Shown piece after piece: positions 41,197-51,207 of a stretch of DNA of 64,000 nt. Source of the DNA: an uncultured Flavobacteriales bacterium (GTDB taxonomy: Bacteria; Bacteroidota; Bacteroidia; Flavobacteriales; BACL11); NCBI GenBank assembly GCA_905478555.1, contig CAJQIZ010000024.1:8300-72299 (forward strand), in the 5' to 3' direction. The position numbers were made by a program, and so were the translations under genes. Below the pieces are notes generated by a model, which did not search any database, was not told where the DNA came from, and saw only the letters and a program-made list of their open reading frames with translations. The first letter of the stretch is position 1. Each line of letters starts with the position of its first letter.

Positions 41197-43956
41197 ATGA
41201 CAGGAAAAAAGAAATTATTTTTATTAGATGCTTATGCTCTTATTTATAGAGCGTTTTTTGCTTTTGCGAAAAACCCACGAATAAATTCAAAAGGATTAGA
41301 TACTTCAGCAATTTTAGGATTTACTAATACTATAGTAGAAGTAATACGAAAAGAGAAACCTACTCATATTGCGGTATGTTTTGACAGGAAAGCTCCTACT
41401 TTTCGACATATAGAGTTTAAAGAATATAAAGCTAACAGAGATCCAACTCCTGATGGGATTGCTCAGGCCATCCCTTATATTGACAGATTATTAGATTGCA
41501 TGAATATACCTAGGCTGTATTTAGATGGATTTGAAGCAGATGATGTAATTGGTACTTTAGCAAAAAAAGCAGAGAAAAAAGATTTTCAAGTGTATATGAT
41601 GACTTCAGATAAAGATTTTGCTCAACTTGTATCAGAAAACATCTTCATGTACCGACCAGGAAACAAGTGGAGTCCTACGCAAGTTTGGGGAATAAAAGAA
41701 GTTTTAGAGAAGTTTCAAATTCAGAAAGTTTCGCAAGTAATTGATTTTTTAGGAATGATGGGAGATGCAGTAGATAATATTCCTGGTTTACCTGGCGTTG
41801 GAAAGAAAACTGCTCAAAAATTTATTGCACAATACGGATCTATGGAGGGGTTATTAGCTAACACGCATGAAATAAAAGGAAAATTAAGAGAAAAAGTAGA
41901 AGCAGCTAGAGATCAAGGAATACAGTCAAAACAATTAGCAACTATAATTACTAATGTACCTATTGATTTTGATGAAGAATCAGTAAAATTTAATAATTTT
42001 AATACAAATGATTTAAAAGAATTATTTGAAGAGTTAGAGTTTAAAACTATTCTTTCAAGAGTTTTATCTTTATCCAATTCTGAAGAAGATGAAAAAGCTG
42101 AAACTGCAGTAGTAAGAGAAGAAAATAAAAATACAGAATCACAATTAGACATGTTCGCTCTAAACGAAACAACTTCAGAAAAAAAGGAAGAGATAATAAA
42201 AGATTATCAAATTACATCATCTATTAAAGAAGTGTATTCTGAAATTGAAAAATCAAAAATATGTTCCTTTCAGATTTTATGTAATACATTTAATAATAAC
42301 GAGCAGATTATTGGATTGTCTTTGTCCTACAAGAAGGATAAGTCCGTATACATACCCATTAAGGAAGTTGATTTTGAATTGATAAATTCTCTTTTTAGAA
42401 ATAAAGATATATTGAAAATAGGATGTAATATTAAAGAACAACTAAAAATATTATTAAAATATAATATTACTGATATCCAAAATATTTTTGATGTTTCTAT
42501 TGCTCATTATTTATTACAGCCAGACATGAGACATGATATTGAGATATTATCTGAAAATTATCTAAAATATTCAACTACCGATATTAGTTCTCTTTTAGGA
42601 AAGGGAAAACAAAAAAGAAATCTATCTGATTTATCAGAAGAAAAACAATCTTTTTATTGTTCGGAATTAGCAGACGTTCAAATACAGTTAACAGAATTAT
42701 TTTTAGAGGAATTAAAAGAATTGAAATTATTAGACTTATTTAATGATATTGAGATGCCTTTACTAAAGTTGTTGTCTAAAATAGAGTTAGAAGGAATTAA
42801 TCTAGATGTAATAATGCTTCAGGAGTTCTCCAAAGAATTAACAGAAGAGATAAAATTAATAGAAAGTAAAATATATGAGTATTCTGAAGAGGAATTTAAT
42901 ATCGCTTCTCCAAAACAAATGGGGGAAATATTGTTTGATAAAATGCAGATTGTAGAAAAGGTGAAGAAAACAAAATCTGGACAGTATTCTACATCTGAAG
43001 AAACTTTAAGTAAATTAAAAGGGGTTCACCCAATAATTGATTTAATTTTAGAATTTAGAGGACTTCAAAAATTACTAACAACTTATGTAAAGGCTTTACC
43101 TCAATTAATTGATGATACAAGTGGGAGAATTCACACTACCTTTAATCAATCAGTGGCTGCAACAGGAAGACTAAGTTCTGTTAACCCTAATTTACAAAAC
43201 ATACCTATTAGAACTGAAAAAGGTAGAAAAATGAGAGAGGCTTTTGTTCCTAGAAATTCTGATTTTGAATTACTAGCTGCCGATTATTCTCAAATTGAAT
43301 TAAGAATTATAGCTTCCCTCTCTGGTGATGAATCTATGTTAAAAGCGTTTAATAATGGTGTAGACATTCATTCTGCCACTGCTGCAAAAGTATATAAGGT
43401 AGAAAAAGAAGAAGTTAGTAGAGAAATGAGATCGAATGCTAAAATGGTCAATTTTGGAATTATTTATGGAATTTCAGCATTTGGTTTAGCTCAACGATTA
43501 GGAATAAAAAGAAAAGAGGCTGCTGAAATAATTGAGAATTATTTTATAGAGTTTCCAAAGGTTAAGAAATATATGGATTTATGTATTCAGAATGCCAGAG
43601 ATAATGAATTTGTAGAAACGATATTAGGAAGGAGAAGATATCTGAAGGATATTAATTCCCAGAATGGAATGATGCGTGCTTTTGCAGAAAGAAATGCCAT
43701 AAATGCACCGATTCAAGGGTCTGCAGCTGATATTATTAAAAAGGCTATGATTGATGTACAACAGGAAATAGAAAAACAGAATTTAGAGTCTAGAATGTTA
43801 CTTCAAGTTCATGATGAATTAGTATTCGACATGAAAAAATCAGAAAAAGAGATTCTGATGAAGATTGTAAAAGACAAGATGGAGCGAACTATTAAATTAG
43901 ATGTTCCTTTATTAGTAGATATTGGTGTTGGAGAAAACTGGCTAGTAGCTCACTAA
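41197..43956 (+). CDS. polA: DNA polymerase I
   Basis: 5'-3' exonuclease LLDAYAL, ADYSQIELR, LQVHDEL. Confidence 0.97.
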   Translation: MTGKKKLFLLDAYALIYRAFFAFAKNPRINSKGLDTSAILGFTNTIVEVIRKEKPTHIAVCFDRKAPTFRHIEFKEYKANRDPTPDGIAQAIPYIDRLLDCMNIPRLYLDGFEADDVIGTLAKKAEKKDFQVYMMTSDKDFAQLVSENIFMYRPGNKWSPTQVWGIKEVLEKFQIQKVSQVIDFLGMMGDAVDNIPGLPGVGKKTAQKFIAQYGSMEGLLANTHEIKGKLREKVEAARDQGIQSKQLATIITNVPIDFDEESVKFNNFNTNDLKELFEELEFKTILSRVLSLSNSEEDEKAETAVVREENKNTESQLDMFALNETTSEKKEEIIKDYQITSSIKEVYSEIEKSKICSFQILCNTFNNNEQIIGLSLSYKKDKSVYIPIKEVDFELINSLFRNKDILKIGCNIKEQLKILLKYNITDIQNIFDVSIAHYLLQPDMRHDIEILSENYLKYSTTDISSLLGKGKQKRNLSDLSEEKQSFYCSELADVQIQLTELFLEELKELKLLDLFNDIEMPLLKLLSKIELEGINLDVIMLQEFSKELTEEIKLIESKIYEYSEEEFNIASPKQMGEILFDKMQIVEKVKKTKSGQYSTSEETLSKLKGVHPIIDLILEFRGLQKLLTTYVKALPQLIDDTSGRIHTTFNQSVAATGRLSSVNPNLQNIPIRTEKGRKMREAFVPRNSDFELLAADYSQIELRIIASLSGDESMLKAFNNGVDIHSATAAKVYKVEKEEVSREMRSNAKMVNFGIIYGISAFGLAQRLGIKRKEAAEIIENYFIEFPKVKKYMDLCIQNARDNEFVETILGRRRYLKDINSQNGMMRAFAERNAINAPIQGSAADIIKKAMIDVQQEIEKQNLESRMLLQVHDELVFDMKKSEKEILMKIVKDKMERTIKLDVPLLVDIGVGENWLVAH

Positions 43957-44168
43957 TTATTTTTTCTGATAAATAGTATATACAATAATATGATTGCAAT
44001 TACACCTATAAACGTATTGCCCGCATCTTTCACATTACCAACTGGATCCCATCCAAATAGCGTATCGTTGAGTAATAGCTGAACAATAATTCCTAAACAT
44101 AGAAAAGTTAGTGCGGTTGCAGTAACTTCAGTCATTAATTCTCTAATCTTAGTTAATTTATCTTTCAT
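43953..44168 (-). CDS. small two-helix membrane protein (paralog of 44243-44470)
   Basis: 71 aa, hydrophobic; LGIIVQLL...DPVGNV aligns with LSIVADFL...NVISNI. Confidence 0.65.
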   Translation of the reverse strand: MKDKLTKIRELMTEVTATALTFLCLGIIVQLLLNDTLFGWDPVGNVKDAGNTFIGVIAIILLYILFIRKNN

Positions 44169-44191
44169 TAGTTTAGTTTTAATTAAAAAAG

Positions 44192-44222
44192 AAAATAGCC
44201 CTTAAATGTTAAGGGCTATTTT
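44192..44222 (-). terminator. intrinsic terminator between the two small membrane genes
   Basis: aaaatagcccttaa-atg-ttaagggctatttt perfect stem. Confidence 0.8.
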
Positions 44223-44242
44223 ATCAAATCTTAATAGTATGA

Positions 44243-44470
44243 TTATTTACTTGAAATTAAGTTCCAAACAATCAAAAGACCAATTAATCCAATTACACCA
44301 CCTCCGGCAAAACCAGTTACAACTCCTGTAATATTACTTATAACATTAATTCCTGAAATTGATCCAGCTCCGAAAAGGAAATCAGCTACAATAGAAAGAG
44401 CTAATAATCCCATGATTAATCCTGTTAGACCTTTAAAAAAGTCATTGAAGTACTTAAATACTTTGTCCAT
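44243..44470 (-). CDS. small Gly-rich membrane protein
   Basis: 75 aa, two hydrophobic segments, own terminator. Confidence 0.7.
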   Translation of the reverse strand: MDKVFKYFNDFFKGLTGLIMGLLALSIVADFLFGAGSISGINVISNITGVVTGFAGGGVIGLIGLLIVWNLISSK

Positions 44471-44873
44471 AATAAAAATAAATTTTAGTTAATAATACCC
44501 CAAACTTAGAAACATATTTCCATTTTTAAGTCATTTACTTCATTTTTATTTCAAATTAGTATCATCTTTAATTTTTTAGATAAATATCTACTAAATTACG
44601 TATAAACTTTTAGTTATCAAATGTTTAACTATATTAATTTATAAAAATAGTGTGATATAAGGTAGCTATTTTCAACATAAAATTGTTAAGAATCTAAAAC
44701 AGATGTAATTAACTAGTTTACAAATACTTAAATGTAAATACCATTAGAATGCTTCTATTTTTTGGTTCATTTTTTCAATATTTACTTTTGTGTAGTAAAA
44801 AAATATTAAAAAATCAAAAAATCATTAAAATTGATATAATTATAACTTCTAATAAAATTAAAAATAGTGGAAT

Positions 44874-46019
44874 TTACAATGAATCTAATGCCATTTTAAG
44901 GTCATCTACTAAATCTTCTATATCTTCAATACCAACGCTTAACCTGATAAGAGTGTCTACTACTCCTGTTTTTTCTCTTGCTTCTTTTGGTATGGCAGCA
45001 TGTGTCATAGAAGCAGGATGTCCTATTAAAGACTCCACTCCACCTAAACTTTCCGCTAGTGTAAAATAATGTGTTGTAGAAACTAAATTAATAGCATCTT
45101 CTAATTTATTACCTTTTAGATTGAAGGAAACCATCCCTCCAAAATCATCCATTTGTTTTTTAGCAATATCATGATTTGGATGATCCTCAAATCCTGGCCA
45201 ATATACCTCCCCTACTTTAGGATGTGTTTTAAGGAAGTTAGCAATTACTTTTCCGTTTTCACAATGGCGTTGCATTCTCAAGTGAAGTGTTTTTATCCCC
45301 CTCAATACTAAGAAACAGTCTTGTGGACCTGGTACTGCACCGCAAGAATTCTGAATAGCAAATAACTTTCCTGCTAATTTATCATCTTTACAAATAGCGG
45401 CTCCCATTACTACATCCGAATGACCTCCCATATATTTTGTTAAAGAATGCATCACAATGTCAGCACCCATATCTAATGGTCGTTGCAAATAAGGTGTCGC
45501 AAAGGTATTATCCACTACAAAAGTAAGATTATGTTTTGCAGAAATTTCGCCTAACTTTTCAATATCAATAATATTAAGCATTGGGTTTGTTGGAGTTTCT
45601 GCCCAAAGCATTTTTGTATTTTCATTAATTAAAGATTCAATTTTAGAACTGTCATCCATTCCTACAAAATGAAATTTAATTCCAAACGGCTCAAAAATAG
45701 AATTGAATATTCGGTAGGTACCACCATATAAATCGTTAGTTGAAATTACTTCATCTCCAGGTTTTAATAGTTTTATAATAGCATCAATTGCCGCTAATCC
45801 ACTTCCAAAACATAATCCGAATTCTCCATTTTCTAATTCAGCAAGGTTTTTCTCTAATGCATTTCTTGTAGGGTTTCCTGTTCTGGAATATTCATATCCT
45901 TTAAAATCTCCAGGGCTTGCTTGTTTGTATGTAGAGGTTTGAAAAATTGGAGTCATGATAGCTCCTGTTGAAGGATCCGCTTCCTGTCCAGCATGTATTG
46001 TTTTTGTTCCGAATTTCAT
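44874..46019 (-). CDS. cystathionine gamma-synthase/lyase (Cys/Met metabolism PLP enzyme)
   Basis: YSRTGNPT, DNTFATP, HSLTKYMGGHSD, AESLGG. Confidence 0.93.
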   Translation of the reverse strand: MKFGTKTIHAGQEADPSTGAIMTPIFQTSTYKQASPGDFKGYEYSRTGNPTRNALEKNLAELENGEFGLCFGSGLAAIDAIIKLLKPGDEVISTNDLYGGTYRIFNSIFEPFGIKFHFVGMDDSSKIESLINENTKMLWAETPTNPMLNIIDIEKLGEISAKHNLTFVVDNTFATPYLQRPLDMGADIVMHSLTKYMGGHSDVVMGAAICKDDKLAGKLFAIQNSCGAVPGPQDCFLVLRGIKTLHLRMQRHCENGKVIANFLKTHPKVGEVYWPGFEDHPNHDIAKKQMDDFGGMVSFNLKGNKLEDAINLVSTTHYFTLAESLGGVESLIGHPASMTHAAIPKEAREKTGVVDTLIRLSVGIEDIEDLVDDLKMALDSL

Positions 46020-46101
46020 CTTTTTAAGTCTTGTTTTTATAAGGTTAGCAAACCTACAAAAATTTCAGTATTTAATTTTACTTTTGTAAAAAATTAATCT
46101 G

Positions 46102-47007
46102 TTGAATAAAACCCTTTTAGCTCATCTTTCTTTATTGTTTGCTAATTTAATTTATGCTTTAAATTACACTTTTGCTAAAGATGTAATGCCAGAGTACATA
46201 CAACCATCCGGATTTATTTTATTAAGGGTAATAGGAGCTTTTTTATTATTTACTCTTAGTTATTTACTATTTATTAAGGAAAAGGTAGAAAAAGAAGATA
46301 TCATCCGCTTTGCTATATGTGGACTTTTTGGTGTGGCAATTAACCAGTTATTATTTTTTGAAGGATTAAATCTCACTACACCTATCAATGCGGCAATTAT
46401 TATGACTTCCAACCCGATTTTGGTAATAATTATGTCCTTATTAATTTTGAAAGAAAAAATAAATTTCCGAAAAGGATTAGGAATTATTTTAGGAATTGTT
46501 GGAGCTTCTTCTTTAATATTAAAAGCGGGGGATGTTAATCTCATTTCAGATACACAATTGGGAAATATATTCGTTTTTTTAAACGCTACTAGTTATGGTT
46601 TGTATTTGGTATTAGTACAACCTCTCATGAAAAAATACAAACCTATAACGGTTATGTTTCATGTATTTGCTTTTGGTTTAATATTAGTTTTTCCATTCGG
46701 TATTTCCACATTATCTGATGTCAATTGGAACGAAATACCAACTAATATCTACTGGGAAATTTTATTTGTAGTGGTTTGCACCACCTTTATTGCTTATTTA
46801 TTTAATTCTTCTGCTCTAAAGGAGTTGAATCCAACCACAGTGAGCATTTATATTTACCTACAGCCTATTTTAGCTACTCTATTTGCTATAATACGGAAGA
46901 GTGATAGCTTAGATAAACAAAAAATTATCTCTTCTGCAATTATATTTTTAGGGGTTTATTTAGTAAGTGTTCGTTCTAAAAAGCCAACTAAGAAGAAACT
47001 TTCCTAA
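46102..47007 (+). CDS. EamA/DMT family transporter
   Basis: About 10 TM segments in two EamA repeats, YIYLQP. Confidence 0.88.
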   Translation: MNKTLLAHLSLLFANLIYALNYTFAKDVMPEYIQPSGFILLRVIGAFLLFTLSYLLFIKEKVEKEDIIRFAICGLFGVAINQLLFFEGLNLTTPINAAIIMTSNPILVIIMSLLILKEKINFRKGLGIILGIVGASSLILKAGDVNLISDTQLGNIFVFLNATSYGLYLVLVQPLMKKYKPITVMFHVFAFGLILVFPFGISTLSDVNWNEIPTNIYWEILFVVVCTTFIAYLFNSSALKELNPTTVSIYIYLQPILATLFAIIRKSDSLDKQKIISSAIIFLGVYLVSVRSKKPTKKKLS

Positions 47008-47028
47008 ATTTGCCAAAAATATTTTAAG

Positions 47029-47928
47029 ATGATACAATCTATGACGGGCTATGGAAAAGCCGAACTTAACCTAACAAATGCTAACTTTACTATTGAAGTA
47101 AAGTCCTTAAATTCCAAGCAAATTGATGCCAATCTAAAGATGTCTTCTGTTTATAGAGACAAAGAAATTGGTTTAAGAAAACTTTTATCAGAGAAATTAC
47201 AAAGAGGAAAAATTGAACTTTCTATTTGGAGAGAGAAGTCAGAGTCTTCTCCAAAATTCACATTAAATAAAGAGGTGATAAAAGACTATCATAATCAGAT
47301 TGAAGCCCTAAGAAAAGAATTGGGATACAAAGCTCCATTTTCTAAAATAGAAACGGGAATCTATTCTGATATTATGCAAACTATGGTTCATATGCCAGAA
47401 ATAATGATAAAGGGAGAAGAAAAATCGGAGGATAATGAATGGGGGGAGATACAGAAAGGAGTAGATATAGCAATAACAAACTTACTGCAATTCCGATTGG
47501 ATGAAGGGAAAAAATTAGAGGACGATATTACAAATAGAATAAATAAATTATCTACTCTATTGATTGACATTGCTCCTTTTGCAAATGTAAGAATTGAAAA
47601 AATAAAAAAGAGCTTGTCAGATAAATTAGCGGAGATTGAAATTAAAAATATTGATGAGAATCGATTTGAACAAGAGTTAATTTACTATTTAGAGAAACAA
47701 GACATTACAGAAGAGCAGGTGAGATTAGATGCTCACTTGACTTACTTTATAGAAACTATGAAAGCGGATGCTCCAAATGGAAAGAAATTAGGTTTTATTG
47801 GTCAAGAAATAGGTAGAGAAATAAATACTATTGGATCGAAATCATCAGACGCAGAAATGCAAAAATTAGTAGTTCAGATGAAAGATGAATTAGAGAAAAT
47901 AAAGGAGCAATTACTAAATATTTTATAG
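47029..47928 (+). CDS. YicC/YloC family endoribonuclease
   Basis: MIQSMTGYG, REINTIGSK, KEQLLN. Confidence 0.93.
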   Translation: MIQSMTGYGKAELNLTNANFTIEVKSLNSKQIDANLKMSSVYRDKEIGLRKLLSEKLQRGKIELSIWREKSESSPKFTLNKEVIKDYHNQIEALRKELGYKAPFSKIETGIYSDIMQTMVHMPEIMIKGEEKSEDNEWGEIQKGVDIAITNLLQFRLDEGKKLEDDITNRINKLSTLLIDIAPFANVRIEKIKKSLSDKLAEIEIKNIDENRFEQELIYYLEKQDITEEQVRLDAHLTYFIETMKADAPNGKKLGFIGQEIGREINTIGSKSSDAEMQKLVVQMKDELEKIKEQLLNIL

Positions 47929-48491
47929 TGGGAAAGTTAATTGTAATATCAGCACCATCTGGTTCAGGGAAAACTTCTATTGTTAGTTATTTACTAAAAA
48001 ATATGGAAACACTTTCTTTCTCCATTTCTGCTTGTAGTAGAGTGAAAAGAGAAAATGAAATAGAAGGAAAAGATTATCATTTTTTAGGAATAGAAGGATT
48101 TAAGAGGAGTATAAAAGAAGATTCCTTCTTAGAATGGGAGGAAGTATATAAAAATCAATTTTACGGAACTTTAAAATCCGAAGTGGAGAGAATTTGGAGT
48201 GAAGGAAAAACTGTAATTTTTGATGTAGATGTTGTGGGCGGATTAAATATTAAAAAACAATATCCAAAAGAATGTTTATCTATTTTTATTATGCCACCAT
48301 CAGTAGAGGTCTTAGCAGAAAGATTGATTGGGAGAGGGTCGGAATCAGATGAAAGTTTACAAAAAAGATTAGATAAAGCAGAGGAAGAAATATCTCAAAA
48401 TCAAGAGTTCGATACAGTGATTTTAAATGACGATTTATCCATAGCTTGTGAGGAAACGCAGGAAGTAATTACAAATTTTATAAAATCTTAA
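47928..48491 (+). CDS. gmk: guanylate kinase
   Basis: APSGSGKT, EGKDYHF, YGT. Confidence 0.96.
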   Translation: MGKLIVISAPSGSGKTSIVSYLLKNMETLSFSISACSRVKRENEIEGKDYHFLGIEGFKRSIKEDSFLEWEEVYKNQFYGTLKSEVERIWSEGKTVIFDVDVVGGLNIKKQYPKECLSIFIMPPSVEVLAERLIGRGSESDESLQKRLDKAEEEISQNQEFDTVILNDDLSIACEETQEVITNFIKS

Positions 48492-48492
48492 A

Positions 48493-49065
48493 ATGAAGAT
48501 AGGTCTATTTTTCGGTTCGTTTAATCCCATGCATGTAGGGCATAAAATAATAGCATCTTATATGGCAGAATTTTCTGACTTAGAAAAAGTATTATTTATT
48601 GTTTCTCCTCAAAACCCCTTAAAAAAGAAAAAGACTTTACTAGATCAAAACCATAGATTACAAATTATTAAAGCGGAGGTGGAAGATATTCCTCATCTAG
48701 AAGTTTCAGATATTGAATTTAGTATGCCACAACCCTCTTTTACTATTGATACCTTAGTAAGGTTAAAAGAGCAACAACCTGAACATGAGTTTGCACTTAT
48801 TTTGGGTGCAGATAATCTGCAAAATTTTCATAAGTGGAAGAATTTCGAACAGATTTTGGAAGACTACTCTTTATATGTTTACCCCAGACATGGTTATCAG
48901 GTGGAAGGAACACACAAAAATATACACCTTATTAAGGGAGTCCCTCAGATGGAGATATCGGCTTCTTTTATTCGTAATTCTATAAAACAAGGCAAAGATA
49001 TTTCTTATTTAATGACAGAGAAAGCTTGGAAATATACAGATGAAATGAATTTTTACAAAAAGTAA
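48493..49065 (+). CDS. nadD: nicotinate-nucleotide adenylyltransferase
   Basis: GSFNPMHVGH, ISASFIR. Confidence 0.95.
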   Translation: MKIGLFFGSFNPMHVGHKIIASYMAEFSDLEKVLFIVSPQNPLKKKKTLLDQNHRLQIIKAEVEDIPHLEVSDIEFSMPQPSFTIDTLVRLKEQQPEHEFALILGADNLQNFHKWKNFEQILEDYSLYVYPRHGYQVEGTHKNIHLIKGVPQMEISASFIRNSIKQGKDISYLMTEKAWKYTDEMNFYKK

Positions 49066-49066
49066 A

Positions 49067-49465
49067 ATGAAAATATTAGACTTGAAATATAAGACTCTTA
49101 TTTTTTTGATTTCCATTTTAGGAATCTCTTCTTGCAGCTCTACAAAAAAAGTTGTGATAGAGAATGAAAACAGATCATTCGATTTATCAACTAACAGAGG
49201 AATTCCAAGGACTGCTTTTACAGGTTGGTGGGTGTATGGAGAGGGACATCACATTTTTAAAGATGAAGAAACATTGGAAGAATATGATTTAATTTTCCCT
49301 GAAGAAAATATGGAAGAATTAGTTGAACTTTATTTGGCAGTTTGTGAGATGGAATATTTCCCCATGGAATGCGAAATGACCGGTTATATTTTCTATATAG
49401 ATAAAGTACCGGTTTTACAAGTTTCTAATTTTGAGATCCTATATATTCAAGGTTGCGGGGAGTAA
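49067..49465 (+). CDS. hypothetical lipoprotein
   Basis: ISSC lipobox; open 132-aa frame in operon. Confidence 0.55.
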   Translation: MKILDLKYKTLIFLISILGISSCSSTKKVVIENENRSFDLSTNRGIPRTAFTGWWVYGEGHHIFKDEETLEEYDLIFPEENMEELVELYLAVCEMEYFPMECEMTGYIFYIDKVPVLQVSNFEILYIQGCGE

Positions 49466-49538
49466 TCACTTCTTTACTCCATTATCTAATCTATTATCCT
49501 AACTTTGCAAAAAATAATTCCACAAAAGGAATTCTCAT

Positions 49539-50789
49539 ATGAAATTTGAAGATTTAAAATTACACCCTACTTTACTAAAAGCGGTAAAGGACCAAAACTA
49601 TATTACACCAACTACTATTCAGCAAAAAGCAATTCCTCTAATATTAAACCGAAAAGATGTTTTGGGTACCGCTCAAACAGGTACTGGGAAAACAGCTGCA
49701 TTTGCTTTACCTATATTACATCATTTGATGAATGAAAAGAAAGAGGGTAATAAGTCAAAAATAAAAGCATTAATAGTAACTCCAACTCGTGAGCTTGCAA
49801 TACAAATTAGTGAAAACTTTACAGATTATTCAAAACACAACAACATAAAAAATACTGTAATTTATGGTGGGGTAAAACAGATAAAACAAGTTAAAAGGTT
49901 AGAAGCTGGAGTAGATGTATTGATTGCAACTCCTGGTAGGTTATTAGACTTGATGGGACAAGGTTTTATTTCTTTAAAAGATGTTTCTTATTTTGTGTTA
50001 GATGAGGCCGACAGAATGTTAGACATGGGTTTTATTAATGATATAAAAAAATTATTACAGAAGTTGCCTAATAAGCGTCAATCGTTATTCTTCTCGGCTA
50101 CTATGCCTTCTAATATCCTTAATTTATCTAATACTATTCTTAACAATCCTCAAAAGGTAGCAGTGCATCAAGTTTCTACTACTGCTGACACTATTCAGCA
50201 GTTTATTTATTACACTAATAAATCAGAAAAAAATGATTTGTTATTACACATCTTAAAAGATGAAAAGATCAATCAACTCCTTCTTTTTTCTAGAACTAAA
50301 AGAGGTGCAGATAGAATTGTAAAAAGATTATCGCAGCAGAAAATTAAGTCAGCTGCTATTCATGGTGACAAATCTCAGCCCCAAAGACAGAAAGCCTTAC
50401 AATCTTTTAAAAACTGGGAGATTAGAGTATTGGTAGCAACAGATATTGCTGCAAGAGGAATAGATATTGATAAATTAAGTTACGTACTGAATTATGATAT
50501 ACCTAATGAACCAGAAACTTATGTACACCGTATTGGTAGATGTGGTAGAGCTGGAGAAAAAGGGATTTCTATTTCTATTTGCGAACCAGAAGAAAATATT
50601 TTTGCTAAGGATATTGAAAAGCTAATAAAGAAAAATATTCAAGAAATTAAAAACCATCCTTTTCCTCAAACAGAAAAACCAATGAATGCTAAGCAAAAAA
50701 AGGAGTTTGAAAAAGAAAAAAATAGAAAAAAACAAGAATTTTTTGCCAACAGAAAGAAGAATAGAAACTCTACTAATGGTAGGAGGTAA
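49539..50789 (+). CDS. DEAD-box RNA helicase (RhlE-like)
   Basis: AQTGTGKT, PTRELA, DEAD, SAT, HRIGR. Confidence 0.95.
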   Translation: MKFEDLKLHPTLLKAVKDQNYITPTTIQQKAIPLILNRKDVLGTAQTGTGKTAAFALPILHHLMNEKKEGNKSKIKALIVTPTRELAIQISENFTDYSKHNNIKNTVIYGGVKQIKQVKRLEAGVDVLIATPGRLLDLMGQGFISLKDVSYFVLDEADRMLDMGFINDIKKLLQKLPNKRQSLFFSATMPSNILNLSNTILNNPQKVAVHQVSTTADTIQQFIYYTNKSEKNDLLLHILKDEKINQLLLFSRTKRGADRIVKRLSQQKIKSAAIHGDKSQPQRQKALQSFKNWEIRVLVATDIAARGIDIDKLSYVLNYDIPNEPETYVHRIGRCGRAGEKGISISICEPEENIFAKDIEKLIKKNIQEIKNHPFPQTEKPMNAKQKKEFEKEKNRKKQEFFANRKKNRNSTNGRR

Positions 50790-50819
50790 TTTATTATAAA
50801 CAACTATAAGTTTATTAAT

Positions 50820-51059
50820 ATGATAGAGGAAAATAACAAAGATAATTCTCAAGTAAATAATCCATTACACGGAATAAGATTAATTGATATACTAGATTTT
50901 TTGGTGAAGGAATATGGATGGAAAGAATTAGGATATGAAATTAAAATCAATTGTTTTATCAGTAACCCTTCTATAAAATCGAGCCTTAAGTTTTTAAGAA
51001 AAACCCAATGGGCAAGAGATAAAGTAGAAAAGCTTTATTTGAAAACAATTAAAGAATAA
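50820..51059 (+). CDS. VF530/DUF2132 family protein
   Basis: NPLHG...YGW...[17 protein letters not shown]. Confidence 0.88.
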   Translation: MIEENNKDNSQVNNPLHGIRLIDILDFLVKEYGWKELGYEIKINCFISNPSIKSSLKFLRKTQWARDKVEKLYLKTIKE

Positions 51060-51207
51060 AATCAAAAGTTTAAACTTCTTAGTGACTATATAAATGAACA
51101 TCACCATGAGAGTGTTCATTTGTGTCTGACTTAATGGCTAGATCCTCTTGATTTTCCTCTGGCATCTCATGTGGAATTTCTGATTAGAAAAAACTTTTAA
51201 AAATAAT

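Noticed and set aside
44749-45069. Short antisense/overlapping ORFs in the track (also 577-844, 21227-21580, 30918-31175, 32649-33077 and others)
   Set aside because: They lie opposite well-supported genes and have no recognisable motifs; shadow ORFs
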